Shown in pieces: positions 1-11,551 of a stretch of 64,000 nt of DNA. The stretch's first letter is position 1; each line of letters opens with the position of its first letter. The stretch covers positions 288,001 through 352,000 of the forward strand of contig CBDCCI010000002.1 of NCBI GenBank assembly GCA_965214705.1. Reading direction: 5' to 3'. Origin of the DNA: Alphaproteobacteria bacterium (lineage in GTDB: Bacteria; Pseudomonadota; Alphaproteobacteria; UBA828). The translations under genes were made by a program, and so were the position numbers. The notes beneath the pieces were generated by a model, which saw nothing but the letters and a program-made list of their open reading frames with translations, had not been told where the DNA came from and did no database searches.

Positions 1-87
1 ACGACCCGTCACTACGCCCGCGTCACCGGCAAGATGTTCGAGGGCCTCGACCACCCGATCTCAGGCTTCGCAGCGTTGCGCAACTGA
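1..87 (+). CDS. 3' end of tyrosine recombinase (partial)
   Basis: Identical to the C-terminus (TTRHYARVTGKMF...) of 6953-7831. Confidence 0.85.
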   Translation, partial: TTRHYARVTGKMFEGLDHPISGFAALRN

Positions 88-93
88 CGGCGC

Positions 94-1335
94 GTGGAGG
101 CCGAACGCGCGGGCGTGGCGGAGATCTTCCGCCGCGCCGGCGCCGCTTTCCGTGAGCGCCACAAAGGGCGCATCGACGCCGCCCGGCTCAAGGTCATGGG
201 CGCCATCGAGGCGTGCCGCACCGCCGTGCTCGGCGGCCACATGTACGCCTGCGAGGGCTGCGGGCGCGAGCATCCGCTCTTCAACTCCTGCCGCAACCGC
301 CACTGCCCCACCTGCCAGGGTCTCGCCGCCAACCTCTGGAGCGAGGAGCGCGCCGGGGACATCCTGCCGGTGCCCTACTTCCATGTGGTCTTCACCCTGC
401 CCAAGGAGGTTGCCGCCATTGCCTTCTGCAACCGCAGGGTGGTGTTCGACATCCTCTTCCGGGCCGTCGCCGAGACCCTGCGCACCATCGCCGCCGATCC
501 CCGCCACGGCGGCATGCGCATCGGCGGCACCGCGGTCCTCCATACCTGGGATCAGAAGCTCCGCTTCCACCCGCACCTGCACGTGGTCGTGCCCAACGCG
601 GGCTTCGACGTAGACAGTGGCGAGTGGAAGACGGGGAGCACCACCTTCCTCGCCCCCGTCAAGGTCCTCGGCAGCCTGTTCCGCCGCCTCTTCCTCGAGG
701 AGCTCGCCCGCGCCCACGGCCGGGGGGACCTGGAGTTCCACGGCACCCTCGCCCACCTCGCCAATCCCGGCGAGTTCCACGCCACGCTTGCCGCCGCCCG
801 GGCCAGGGACTGGGTGGTCTACGCCAAGCGGCCCTTCCGCGGGCCTGAGCAGGTCTTCCGGTACCTCTCGCACTACACGCACAGGATCGCCATCTCCGAC
901 AGCCGCATCGTCTCCTTCGACGGCGAGACGGTCTCCTTCCGCCACCGAAAGCCCAAGGCGCCGGGGCAGAGAAAGCCGCGCTACGGCATCGCCACCGTGA
1001 GCGCCGACGAGTTCATCCGCCGCTTCCTGAGGCACGTCCTGCCGGACGGCATGCACCGCATTCGCTACTTCGGCATCCTCGCCAACGGCTGCCGCGCCAG
1101 CACGCTGGAGAGAGCACGCCAGGCTCTCGGCGCCCTCGGCTGCGCCGCCCCCGAGGGAAGCGTGGACGGCGCTCGGGCCGAGCCCGACGAAGAGCCCGAG
1201 ATCGGCACCGCGCCCGTGGCCTGCCCCCACTGCGGCGGCGTCATGCGCCTCGTCCGCGAAATCCGCCGCCGCCATGAGCCCCGCTCGACGCGCGGCCCGC
1301 CGGCGCTGCCGCCGACCCACAGGGGGAAACCGTGA
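94..1335 (+). CDS. IS91-family HUH (Y2) transposase with N-terminal Zn-binding domain
   Basis: CRT...CEGC...SCRNRHCPTC Zn domain, HPHLH HUH motif, YLSHY catalytic YxxxY, C-terminal CPHC. Confidence 0.95.
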   Translation: MEAERAGVAEIFRRAGAAFRERHKGRIDAARLKVMGAIEACRTAVLGGHMYACEGCGREHPLFNSCRNRHCPTCQGLAANLWSEERAGDILPVPYFHVVFTLPKEVAAIAFCNRRVVFDILFRAVAETLRTIAADPRHGGMRIGGTAVLHTWDQKLRFHPHLHVVVPNAGFDVDSGEWKTGSTTFLAPVKVLGSLFRRLFLEELARAHGRGDLEFHGTLAHLANPGEFHATLAAARARDWVVYAKRPFRGPEQVFRYLSHYTHRIAISDSRIVSFDGETVSFRHRKPKAPGQRKPRYGIATVSADEFIRRFLRHVLPDGMHRIRYFGILANGCRASTLERARQALGALGCAAPEGSVDGARAEPDEEPEIGTAPVACPHCGGVMRLVREIRRRHEPRSTRGPPALPPTHRGKP

Positions 1336-1597
1336 GACGCCCGCTCGCTTCGGCCCCGCGCAACGGCGCCAAAGCGCCGACGCACGACCGAACCTGTCTC
1401 CGCTTGAGCCGGGCTGACAGCCCTCGGCTCACACCCCGCTCAGTCCTCGCAGCGTGCGCCCGCATGCCTGCCGAAAGACCGGCGCGAGCGTCGATTTTAT
1501 GCGCAACTCTGCTGCCGGTGGATGCCGCCTGACGCTGACATCAGCGCACTTTCCACATAGCTCAACTTCGCCTCTCGTGGCCCGCGGCTTCGTTCAA

Positions 1598-1639
1598 AAG
1601 GGTTGGGCAGGCTCTCGAGAGAGAGCCTGCCCAACCCTT
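1598..1639. repeat. Terminal hairpin (19-bp stem) at the downstream end of the IS91-type element
   Basis: AAGGGTTGGGCAGGCTCTC-GAGA-GAGAGCCTGCCCAACCCTT; repeated at 11506-11547. Confidence 0.85.
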
Positions 1640-1643
1640 AACC

Positions 1644-4600
1644 TTGAATCCATCCTGGAACGGATTGGGAAGCCAATCGAATTCCGGCTGAGCCGATAGC
1701 GCGTTCCGAACTCGGAGAATTCGCCATCTGCCGCCGTGTCCGCGGGCCATTCGGGTGGCCGCATGGATTTCGCTCATCCCGAGTTCGAACTGCGGCTCGT
1801 CCCCCGCGGTCGCCTTGACTTCGACGTGCCAGCGTCTCCGCCGATAACTGAAACGAAAGTCGAATCCATGGCTATCGCTCGCATCGTCCCGTTCTCCAGG
1901 TACGGGCGGCAATACACGCTGGCGGATTTCCGAAACCCATGCGTCGGGAGTGATCGTGTCGGTGCCGAACTCCTGACGTAAGAATCGGTACGCGTGAATT
2001 TCACCGACGATTCCAACGAGCTCCCGCAATTCGGGTGTTGGGCGCAAGTGCGACGTCTTGCCCTTGGTGCCGCTGCCACCGGCCGGCCGGCCGCCGGGCG
2101 GAGGTGCTGCCAACTCCGTGAAAGAGTCGCGGCTTGCGCGTGGCCCGACGGGAGCGGCCAGGCCGCTGAGATGGTCGAAGAGATCTCTGACGTTCGTCGT
2201 TCCGACTTCGAAGGGAACGCCAGCGACGTCGAATGTCCGCCTTTGGCGTTGTTTCTCCCGCTCCCGCTGTTGTCTCTCGCGGCGCCGAGCCGCGATTGCC
2301 TCAGGATTGAGCCTTAGCCGGACCCGGATGTTTTCGAGGCTCGCGCAGCCGGCACAAGCTTGGCTGAACGCGGTCTTGCCCATGCAATGGAAAGCTTGGA
2401 GCAGCAGATCGGTCTCGGACCAGAGGTTCAGATAGGCCTCAGGCTCGATGTCTTCCGGCGGGTGAGGACGTTCGGGCGCGGCTGATTCGCATGTCGTCAA
2501 TTCAAGCCACGTTCGATGAAGATCGTGAAGCTCGTTGAGCAGATTTTCGAGCCGGCTCCTGTTGCGACGAGCGATTTCGTATGGATTGCAGTCGGTGGAG
2601 ATTGAGAAATCGTCAAGCGCCGTTCGGAGATCGTCGACATCTTGCGCGTTATCGAGGATTCCGAGGTGGTGCGTCACGCCTGGTACTTTCGAGTAGGCAG
2701 CGGTGAGTTCTGCGATGATGGCCGTGAACGGTACTTCCCACCAGCGCGTTGACCAATCGTCGCGAGGGTGGAAGTCTCCAGTCACGGCTTCCAGTTCATG
2801 GAACAGACCGGGATCGTTCTCCTCGATGGCGATATGGCGCGCAAAGCAGCGAAGCAGCGGCGCGGCTGATTCGATGAGCGTGGTGGTTTGGTCGTGTACG
2901 GCGTTGTTCTTGACCGTTTCGTGTCGTTCGCCGAGGGCGGCAAGAGTTGCGTTCCACGCTGGCAGTTGGGCGACATCGCCAAGAGCGCGCCATGCGCTCA
3001 GCCCCATCTCATGATCGTCTCGGCTCTTGCGAGCGGAAGATAGGAGGTCTTGGGTCGGCCACTGCGGTGCGTTGGCGGACAACCACTCGGTGAGCGATTC
3101 GATGTCCGAAGCCGCCTGGTCGAAACCGTCGAGGCGAATGCCAAGAAGTGCGAGCACCGGCCTGATTCGGTCAACCAGCAGGCTGAGTGTTCCGGCCCAC
3201 CGGTTGTGGATGTCGGCAAGTGCCTGGGCGTCGATTTCGGCGCGTTCCAAAGCCGCCTCAATCTGATCGATGGTCGGCATTTCCTTGTAGGAGAGCGTTC
3301 CAAGGACGAGACGCAGGTCCTTGAGGAGGTCTTGGCGGTCAAGAATTCGCTGAGCGGCGACGGCGAGACTTTCGTGGGCCAGTTGCGAGTCGCGACAAAT
3401 GGCGAGGACATTGCCAGGTAGCCACTCCGCCGGCGGCTCGCTTCTCGCCACGATCTTGTCTGCGTCGACCAACTGGACTGAAATGGTTTCGCAAACCGCC
3501 ACTTGGGCGCGGCTCAGTCGGTGGGCCGCTTCGCGCCAACGTTGCGTCGAAGCACCAGTCGGTTCGGCGCCGCCGTATGCAGCGATGGCGAGGAGCGTGA
3601 CCGGGAGCCATGCATATTCGCTGGATTCCAGCGATGGCAATTCGTCAGCGGTGCCGGTCCATAGTGTGCCGTCGACGAACACCTTCTCCACCAGAGCAGA
3701 CGAACGTCTGACGTCCGTCGCGGCTTCCAACCCGTCGGCGACGCGGCTGGCTTCTCTCGCGTTCATCTCAAGGATGTGTTGGCCATGTGCAAGTAGCGAT
3801 CGTGTTCGATCGCGACTATCGGGCAGGTATACGTCGGCGAGGTCATCCTGCCCGCAGGTCGAGAACGTTCGATGTCCCGTCCTGACAAGGAGGGTTTCAG
3901 GGAGTCCCTTCTGCGCGTCGAGATGACGCCACCCGTCGCGCACTTGGCCGAGGAAGACATCGAATCGCCCGACGGGAACCCGGTCAGAGGCCCAAGCGGC
4001 AGCCAGAGCTTCGAGCAGTTCCGGGCCGATCCGGTCGTCTTCGACCGGATACACGTTCAGGCCAAGCATCGTAAGCGCGGCTTTCAGTTCCGGCTCTGCT
4101 TCGAGCTTGCGAGAGAGCTCCAGAGACAGTGAATTGAGATGCCGGTAGCGGTCGCGTTGGCCCCGAAGGAGCGACGTCGGGACGAGCCAACGGTCTGGAA
4201 GAGCTGTCGTGGCCGCCGTCCCGTCGAGCAGCCACGGCTCTGTAGTCAGCCAGTGCCGGAGCGGTGACGTGACCGTTGTCGACCAATCAAGACCGCCCTG
4301 CTTCTTGATAGAGGTCGTGTGCCAGTTGCGCGGCCAGTGCGGAATCGAAGCGAGTAGGAGGCGCGAGAAGGCGTTTCGGCCCTGTCGGCTCAACGTGGCG
4401 AGGTGATGGATTTCCGGCAGTAGTTTGATGCGGGAGAGTGAATAGGTGAAATCGCCTATGTAGTAGGGCCGTGCCTCCTCGCGCACGGTGCGACGCCAAC
4501 CGTCCCATGCTTCCTGGGGAACTTCCGGAGGAGGGGTGGATGGCAACTCGTAGTCCGAGCCCTGCATGTCGAAACTTGTATCGGGAGCGGATTGGAGGCG

Positions 4601-6721
4601 GAGACCATCGACAACGCCGACGCGAGCGAAGAACTGATCCAGATGCCCGACAGCGCTTCCCCAGCGGGGGTCGTCCGGCGGGAGCAATGTCGAACCGCGC
4701 AGGCGTGCCGCCGGGTATTCGGGCAACCCCTCTGCGAGGAGCCAGACCTCATCGCCACGGCGGTTCGGCCAACCGGGACCGAATACGGCGTCGTCCATGG
4801 TGAGCCAGCCTGCATGGCAGGCCGCGGGTAGCCGTTTGAGCAGGGGCAGCAATTGACCCGACGGGTCTTCGCCCAATAGCTGAGCGGTCCACGCGAAGAG
4901 GTCGGCGCACAGTGTGGCGCGTTTTCCTCCGTGCGAAGCGGGCAACGTTGGAACCGTCGGCAGAACGACCTCTCGAAGCAGGTCTTCGCGCCGAAACGCG
5001 CGGGCAAACCTCCCGTCCAGAAACTTCTGTACCGGGGTGTTGCGGCGAGGTGGCGGTCCCAGTTGCGTCTGGATGTCGGGATGGAGGAAGGCAACGCGGT
5101 GTTTGAGGGAATCCGGAACATGACCGACGAAATCGGCTGCGTCGTCGACACCACGAACGGGTTGGAAGAACAGCTTGGCCGAGTCGGAAACGCTTAGCAG
5201 ACGGTCGTCTTGATCGGGGAGGAATCTTCCTGTGGCAAGCGGATCGGGATTGCCGGCTTTCGGTTCGGACCGCATGTCGGACGGCAGTACGGCGACTACG
5301 CTGTTCAAGAAGGCATCCCAGCTCACGTCGATCTCGTGATCGCGAACGCCGATTGCCGCTCGGTCGAGTGTTTGCAGCCATTCCGAATTGGTTGGAATGA
5401 GTGAGCCGCCGAGCTTCCTTACCAGTTCGCGGACAGCGGGTCGCCTGCCATCGAGGGCAGTCGAAACGACTTGGAATGCGGCGAAGGAGCGCCAATGCCC
5501 AGTGCCAATGGGGAGGTCGGCCGCGACTTCGGGCGCTTCTCGCGCAGCGCCGGGAGCGCACCAGCCACCGTCGCACAGGAGTAGATTGCAATCGTCGAGT
5601 GCCAGGCCAGTTTTCGATGCACGGTCGAACAGGGCATCCATTACGCGCCACTCGTCGCCATCAACCGATGCAGGCGAGGACAGAAGATCGACTACCGCGC
5701 GTGCTCGCCATGCTTCCGGCTCTTCAGATACGAGTGCGGCAACTGCGTCCAGAGACAGATCCAGCACGCATTCCAGGAGCAGGTCGTTGTAGGGGATGCC
5801 GAAGTCGATGTGGCGGCGGTCGAGAGAGCTATAGAATGGCGCGTTGATATGCGCCCCGGTCCCCGTCGCCATCTCGGTCGGCAGAAAGATGACGAACTGA
5901 CCCTTGGCAGGCGAAGGCGCTTCTTCGACCGCGATTCCCACTACGATGCTGTGGACTTCCGGCCATCGGTTGGGCAGGTTACTGACCACGGTGCGGATGC
6001 GGTCCGCTTGTTCGGGATCGTCGTCTCCGCCGATTGCACGGGTCCAAAGCTGAAATTCGTGAGTCGTGTGGCTATTGGGCGCCGGTCCAGACTGTCCGAC
6101 AAGAAGACGTTGCTGGCGAGATCGCGAGCGTGTGGAGAAACCGATTTCAGACTCCACGACGCGTTCAAGAACGCGGTGCTCGTCATCCATACCTATGGTG
6201 AGTCTTTCTGCCTGGAAGAGAAAAACGGCTGCTTGGGCATCGAGCGCGTCAAGCTGTTCCCTGACGGACTGAACCGCCTCATCCGACGAACCTGCGCCTC
6301 CTCCATCCAACGGGAGACGGACGACTGTGACATGCCCTTGTCGCAACAGGCGCTCAACCTCTGGAGGTGTTCCCTGAATGGGAAGTGGAAGCAGGTAGGG
6401 GGACAGGAACTCGCTGGCCTCGCGAGCGCAATCAAGTCGTGCGTCGGTTATGCGATTGCGATACTGGGCCAACTGTTCCTCGGACCAGTCCAGGAGCGGG
6501 CGAGCGGAATCGAACGGTGAGCGCGCATCGAGGCCTTTTTCTTCGAGTTCTCGCGCCGCGGCTGCAACGCATTCGGAAACTGCGGGGTCGAATCGAAATG
6601 CGAACGACGTCTGGCTCCCGATTGGAGCCGTGGACCAGATCTCCGGGCAAGTTGAAACCTCGAGAACGCTCCTGAATCCGAGCCCCTTGTTGCCGACGCT
6701 CTGGTTTGGATCCTTCGGGCT
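1644..6721 (-). pseudogene. Sacsin-like HATPase (GHKL) + C-terminal DUF3883/NOV_C-like nuclease protein, main fragment
   Basis: GNKGLGFRSV GHKL motif and HINAPF at the N-terminal side; C-terminal GELH-like GEIHAY...GFDF...VEVKAT...SE. Cut at both ends by IS91-type copies. Confidence 0.8.
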
Positions 6722-6952
6722 TTGAACGAAGCCGCTACGCGGAGTTAGCGGCGTAGAGTTCATTCATTTCCGAGGCGTCGCGGGTGCCGTTTGTTCTGTG
6801 CGTTCGCTTCCCGGTTGCGTCAGTGGCGCTCCGCCCGTCGGGTGGCGGATCCCCAGCAGCCTCCCGATCACCAGTGGTTAGTATCGACCCCTGCGACGGA
6901 CCGTCGCCGGATCGGTCCGGCGGCGCGCCGTCGCGATCCAGGGAGATCGATA

Positions 6953-7831
6953 ATGACCGGGACCGCGTGCGACACGAACACCGTCACCCCTCTTCGCCAG
7001 CGCATGGAGGAGCAGCTCCGCATCGCCAATCTGGCCGCGAGCACGTCCAAGGCCTACATCTGCGAGATCAAGAACCTGGCCAGGTACTACGACGCCTCGC
7101 CGGACGAGCTCGACGCCGAGCAGGTGCGCCAGTGGTACCTGGGGCGGATCGACAAGGGGCTCAGTCCGGGCACGACCAACGTCTCCTTCGCCGCGCTGAA
7201 CTTCCTCTACATCGACACACTCGGCTGGCCTGACCATGTCGCCGGCCTGCGCTCCCGCAAGAAGCCCGGCAAGCTGCCGCGCTACATGTCGGAGCAGGAG
7301 GTCGAGCACCTCATCCTTGCGACACCCGACCTCCGCCACCGTGCTGCCATTGTCACCGGCTATGGCGGCGGGCTCCGCATCTCCGAGACCTTGGCCATCA
7401 AGGTCGGCGACATCCTGTCGGAGAAGAAGCTGCTGCACATCCCCTCCGGCAAAGGCGGCACCGAGAGAATGGCACCGTTGCCGGACATCGTCATCCACTA
7501 CTTGCGCGTCTACTACAGGAACATCTGGCCGCGTCCGACGAGCTGGCTCTTCTACGGCGTCTCGCTCGACAGGCCCATCGCAACGGAGACCTTGCAGGCC
7601 GCCTTCAGGAGGGCGCGCGACATTGCCGAGCTCGACCGCAGCTACACCTTCCATTGCCTGCGCCATTCGGCGGCGACCCATCTCCTCGAGCGCGGCGGCG
7701 ATATCGAGGTGATCCGGGACATGCTCGGCCATCGAAGCGCGAACACGACCCGTCACTACGCCCGCGTCACCGGCAAGATGTTCGAGGGCCTCGACCACCC
7801 GATCTCAGGCTTCGCAGCGTTGCGCAACTGA
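6953..7831 (+). CDS. Tyrosine recombinase (SAM-like N-terminus) of the IS91-type element
   Basis: GLRISE, GKGG, HCLRHS, LGH, TRHY motifs; GGGAG RBS before the ATG. Confidence 0.93.
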   Translation: MTGTACDTNTVTPLRQRMEEQLRIANLAASTSKAYICEIKNLARYYDASPDELDAEQVRQWYLGRIDKGLSPGTTNVSFAALNFLYIDTLGWPDHVAGLRSRKKPGKLPRYMSEQEVEHLILATPDLRHRAAIVTGYGGGLRISETLAIKVGDILSEKKLLHIPSGKGGTERMAPLPDIVIHYLRVYYRNIWPRPTSWLFYGVSLDRPIATETLQAAFRRARDIAELDRSYTFHCLRHSAATHLLERGGDIEVIRDMLGHRSANTTRHYARVTGKMFEGLDHPISGFAALRN

Positions 7832-7837
7832 CGGCGC

Positions 7838-9079
7838 GTGGAGGCCGAACGCGCGGGCGTGGCGGAGATCTTCCGCCGCGCCGGCGCCGCTTTCCGTGAG
7901 CGCCACAAAGGGCGCATCGACGCCGCCCGGCTCAAGGTCATGGGCGCCATCGAGGCGTGCCGCACCGCCGTGCTCGGCGGCCACATGTACGCCTGCGAGG
8001 GCTGCGGGCGCGAGCATCCGCTCTTCAACTCCTACCGCAACCGCCACTGCCCCACCTGCCAGGGTCTCGCCGCCAACCTCTGGAGCGAGGAGCGCGCCGG
8101 GGACATCCTGCCGGTGCCCTACTTCCATGTGGTCTTCACCCTGCCCAAGGAGGTTGCCGCCATTGCCTTCTGCAACCGCAGGGTGGTGTTCGACATCCTC
8201 TTCCGGGCCGTCGCCGAGACCCTGCGCACCATCGCCGCCGATCCCCGCCACGGCGGCATGCGCATCGGCGGCACCGCGGTCCTCCATACCTGGGATCAGA
8301 AGCTCCGCTTCCACCCGCACCTGCACGTGGTCGTGCCCAACGCGGGCTTCGACGTAGACAGTGGCGAGTGGAAGACGGGGAGCACCACCTTCCTCGCCCC
8401 CGTCAAGGTCCTCGGCAGCCTGTTCCGCCGCCTCTTCCTCGAGGAGCTCGCCCGCGCCCACGGCCGGGGGGACCTGGAGTTCCACGGCACCGTCGCCCAC
8501 CTCGCCAATCCCGGCGAGTTCCACGCCACGCTTGCCGCCGCCCGGGCCAGGGACTGGGTGGTCTACGCCAAGCGGCCCTTCCGCGGGCCTGAGCAGGTCT
8601 TCCGGTACCTCTCGCACTACACGCACAGGATCGCCATCTCCGACAGCCGCATCGTCTCCTTCGACGGCGAGACGGTCTCCTTCCGCCACCGAAAGCCCAA
8701 GGCGCCGGGGCAGAGAAAGCCGCGCTACGGCATCGCCACCGTGAGCGCCGACGAGTTCATCCGCCGCTTCCTGAGGCACGTCCTGCCGGACGGCCTGCAC
8801 CGCATTCGCTACTTCGGCATCCTCGCCAACGGCTGCCGCGCCAGCACGCTGGAGAGAGCACGCCAGGCTCTCGGCGCCCTCGGCTGCGCCGCCCCCGAGG
8901 GAAGCGTGGACGGCGCTCGGGCCGAGCCCGACGAAGAGCCCGAGATCGGCACCGCGCCCGTGGCCTGCCCCCACTGCGGCGGCGTCATGCGCCTCGTCCG
9001 CGAAATCCGCCGCCGCCATGAGCCCCGCTCGACGCGCGGCCCGCCGGCGCTGCCGCCGACCCACAGGGGGAAACCGTGA
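7838..9079 (+). CDS. IS91-family transposase, copy 2 (Cys->Tyr in SCRNRHC motif)
   Basis: 3 aa differences from 94-1335, including FNSYRNRHC versus FNSCRNRHC. Confidence 0.93.
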   Translation: MEAERAGVAEIFRRAGAAFRERHKGRIDAARLKVMGAIEACRTAVLGGHMYACEGCGREHPLFNSYRNRHCPTCQGLAANLWSEERAGDILPVPYFHVVFTLPKEVAAIAFCNRRVVFDILFRAVAETLRTIAADPRHGGMRIGGTAVLHTWDQKLRFHPHLHVVVPNAGFDVDSGEWKTGSTTFLAPVKVLGSLFRRLFLEELARAHGRGDLEFHGTVAHLANPGEFHATLAAARARDWVVYAKRPFRGPEQVFRYLSHYTHRIAISDSRIVSFDGETVSFRHRKPKAPGQRKPRYGIATVSADEFIRRFLRHVLPDGLHRIRYFGILANGCRASTLERARQALGALGCAAPEGSVDGARAEPDEEPEIGTAPVACPHCGGVMRLVREIRRRHEPRSTRGPPALPPTHRGKP

Positions 9080-11239
9080 CCCAAGTTGGCACTTTTCCGC
9101 TGCCTGTGTTCCCTATTGGTTTGATTCAACGCGATATTTTTCTCGGTCGATTCCAACATGGCCCCACATTTTGTGAGATTCTGTCAGCTCATCAGACGGG
9201 TCCTCGTGCGGTGGATGGCGGGGTCCACGCCCGCCGCCGAGGAGATTGCGGCAACCTCGGCGGCCGGGCGCGTGTCCTGGCGGTTGACGATCAAGGTGCC
9301 GTCGGTCTGGCGCAGGCGCGTGGTGATCCGCACCCAGGTCCGCATGCTCTCGCGGATCGACGCCCAGCACTTGTGGATGCCGCGCGCGGCCAGCCGGGTA
9401 CGGATCAGATGCACGGCGTGGTAGGCCAGCACGGCGATCAGCAGGTGGGCCGCGATGCGCCGGTCGAGCTGGTGCCAGATCGGGCGAAGGCCGAGCTCGG
9501 ATTTCAGGCTCCGGAATGTCGCCTCGATATCCGTGATCCGCCAGTACGTCCGCAGGACCGTCTCGATGTCCCAGTCGACGTGGCTGGTGCGCAGCACATA
9601 GGCACCGGCGCCCTCATCGGCCTCGTCGTATCGCGGCCTGCGCTTGAAGCGCACGGCGGTGGCATTGGGGCCGGTTTTCGCCCTCTCGACCGTGATCTCG
9701 TAGTGCCTGGCGACGGCGGAGAAGCGCTGCTTGAGGCGGCCTATGCTCTCCAGCACCTTGTCGTAGCGCTTGAGGCGGCCCTTGACCGGGAGGCCGCCGT
9801 GGAGCCTTTCCAGCGCCGCCTCGAAGCGGTTCCGCCTCAGGCCGATGATCGCGTTCTCGGCCTTCTTCTTGCCCTCGCTGACGACGTAGAGCCGCGCCTC
9901 GCCGTCCTCGCTGGCAAGCCGCCAGGCCCGCACCTCGTGGCGCGCGCTGGTGATCAGCAGGGCCTCGGGTCCGCCCTCGGGCGGCGCAGGCCTGGCACCG
10001 CGGCTGACCGCGATCCAGTCGTAGCCCTGCTCGCCCAGCCACGCGATGTTTTTCTCGGTGGCGATGCCCGCGTCCATGACCACCGTGGGCTTCGGCGCCG
10101 TGCCGCCGCACACCGCCTCGAGCCGCGCCAGCGCCTCGTGCAGCGTGCCCGGCTCGCTCACGTTGCCCGGCAGGATCTCGCAACTGCGCGGGAAGCCCGC
10201 GCCGTCGAGCGCCAGCGCCAGCGTGATGAGGGGACAGTCGTCGCGCTTCTGCTTGGAGCGCCCGAACCTGGGAAGCTCGCCGCCCGTGTGGCCGTGGTAG
10301 TGGACGTTGGTGAGATCGTAGAAGGCGATCGTCTCGGGCAGGTCGAGCAGTGCGCGCTCACGGTTGAACAGCTCCCGCTGGATGGCGGCGCGGTGGCGCC
10401 AGAGCAGGTCGCCGATGCGGTAGAGCGTCTTGCGCCGCAGCGCCTTGCGGTCGCCCTCCAGGCCCAGGAGCTCGGCGGCCGCGCTGTCGTGGCGGAGCCA
10501 GCGGCTGGTATCACGCTCGCTGGCGGGATGGACCATCCTGGCGACGATCAGCGCGCTGGCGATGCGCCCGTCGCGGCCCTTGATGTCGAGGCCGTGGAGG
10601 ATTTCGGCGAAGCCGAGGGCGTCGAGGGCCTTGAGGCACAGGCGCTCGCAGCCGACCGTGCGCGGGTTCTCGTGCTCCAGGGTATCGAGGTCGACGGTGG
10701 CGATGTCGGGCTTGCGCGCCTCTTCCTGCATCGCCTCGACGCGGAACCCCCTGGCCCTGAGCTTGGCGACGATGTCCTCGGCTGCGGCCCGCACATCCGC
10801 CTCGCCCTCGAACAGCGGCGGCTTGCCGTGAAGCAGCGCCTCGGCGAGTTCGGTGACGGCCTTCCACTTCTCGCGCGGCACCGGATAGTCGGTGCCGAGA
10901 TTGAGCAGCGTCCTGTGGCGCACCTTGTCGCCGACGCGCTGGGCGAGCACGAGGCGATGGCTTCGGACCGGCTGGCCGGCCTTGTCGGTGTGTGTCCTGG
11001 TTGCCTTGATGTACATGGCGGCGCCGTTTCTGCGATGCCTGTTTCGCATACACGGCGTTCGCGGCATCTGGCAAGAGGGATATCGACTCAACTCCAAAGT
11101 CCTGGCCCCACAATTGGCTTCCAGGACCACGAATGGCAAATGTGGGTCTCAGGTGTCCTCCAACCCCAACATCTAGTGGTTCAGCGCCGCAAAACTGGCT
11201 CGAACAGGCTCGGCTGGTCGGAAAAAGTGCCAACTTGGG
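9080..11239 (-). mobile_element. IS1634-family insertion sequence
   Basis: Terminal IRs CCCAAGTTGGCACTTTT / AAAAGTGCCAACTTGGG; GTGA duplicated at 9076-9079 and 11240-11243. Confidence 0.9.
9184..11016 (-). CDS. IS1634-family DDE transposase
   Basis: FYDLTN, FGRSKQKRDD, VVMDAG, IEATFRSLKSELGLRPIWH...AHL motifs. Confidence 0.92.
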   Translation of the reverse strand: MYIKATRTHTDKAGQPVRSHRLVLAQRVGDKVRHRTLLNLGTDYPVPREKWKAVTELAEALLHGKPPLFEGEADVRAAAEDIVAKLRARGFRVEAMQEEARKPDIATVDLDTLEHENPRTVGCERLCLKALDALGFAEILHGLDIKGRDGRIASALIVARMVHPASERDTSRWLRHDSAAAELLGLEGDRKALRRKTLYRIGDLLWRHRAAIQRELFNRERALLDLPETIAFYDLTNVHYHGHTGGELPRFGRSKQKRDDCPLITLALALDGAGFPRSCEILPGNVSEPGTLHEALARLEAVCGGTAPKPTVVMDAGIATEKNIAWLGEQGYDWIAVSRGARPAPPEGGPEALLITSARHEVRAWRLASEDGEARLYVVSEGKKKAENAIIGLRRNRFEAALERLHGGLPVKGRLKRYDKVLESIGRLKQRFSAVARHYEITVERAKTGPNATAVRFKRRPRYDEADEGAGAYVLRTSHVDWDIETVLRTYWRITDIEATFRSLKSELGLRPIWHQLDRRIAAHLLIAVLAYHAVHLIRTRLAARGIHKCWASIRESMRTWVRITTRLRQTDGTLIVNRQDTRPAAEVAAISSAAGVDPAIHRTRTRLMS

Positions 11240-11551
11240 GTGAGACGCCCGCTCGCTTCGGCCCCGCGCAACGGCGCCAAAGCGCCGACGCACGACCGAA
11301 CCTGTCTCCGCTTGAGCCGGGCTGACAGCCCTCGGCTCACACCCCGCTCAGTCCTCGCAGCGTGCGCCCGCATGCCTGCCGAAAGACCGGCGCGAGCGTC
11401 GATTTTATGCGCAACTCTGCTGCCGGTGGATGCCGCCTGACGCTGACATCAGCGCACTTTCCACATAGCTCAACTTCGCCTCTCGTGGCCCGCGGCTTCG
11501 TTCAAAAGGGTTGGGCAGGCTCTCGAGAGAGAGCCTGCCCAACCCTTAACC

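Larger units (their letters stand above)
1..1643 (+). mobile_element. Integrase + IS91-family element, copy 1 (left part outside window)
   Basis: Near-identical to 7745-9079 plus 11244-11551. Shared sequence ends ...GCGGCTTCGTTCAA-hairpin-AACC, followed by TTG, then diverges into the HATPase gene. Confidence 0.9.
6722..11551 (+). mobile_element. Integrase + IS91-family element, copy 2 (carries IS1634)
   Basis: Begins TTGAACGAAGCCGC, has the inverted subterminal GCGGCTTCGTTCAA, ends in hairpin+AACC before TTG. Removing it restores the frame L-G-Q-S-P-K-D of the HATPase gene. Confidence 0.9.

Noticed and set aside
1562-6763. 1733-aa ORF as an intact gene
   Set aside because: Both its start and stop come from IS91-type element sequence; the true N-terminus is at 11890.
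9076-11325. 749-aa plus-strand ORF
   Set aside because: Antisense shadow of the IS1634 transposase.
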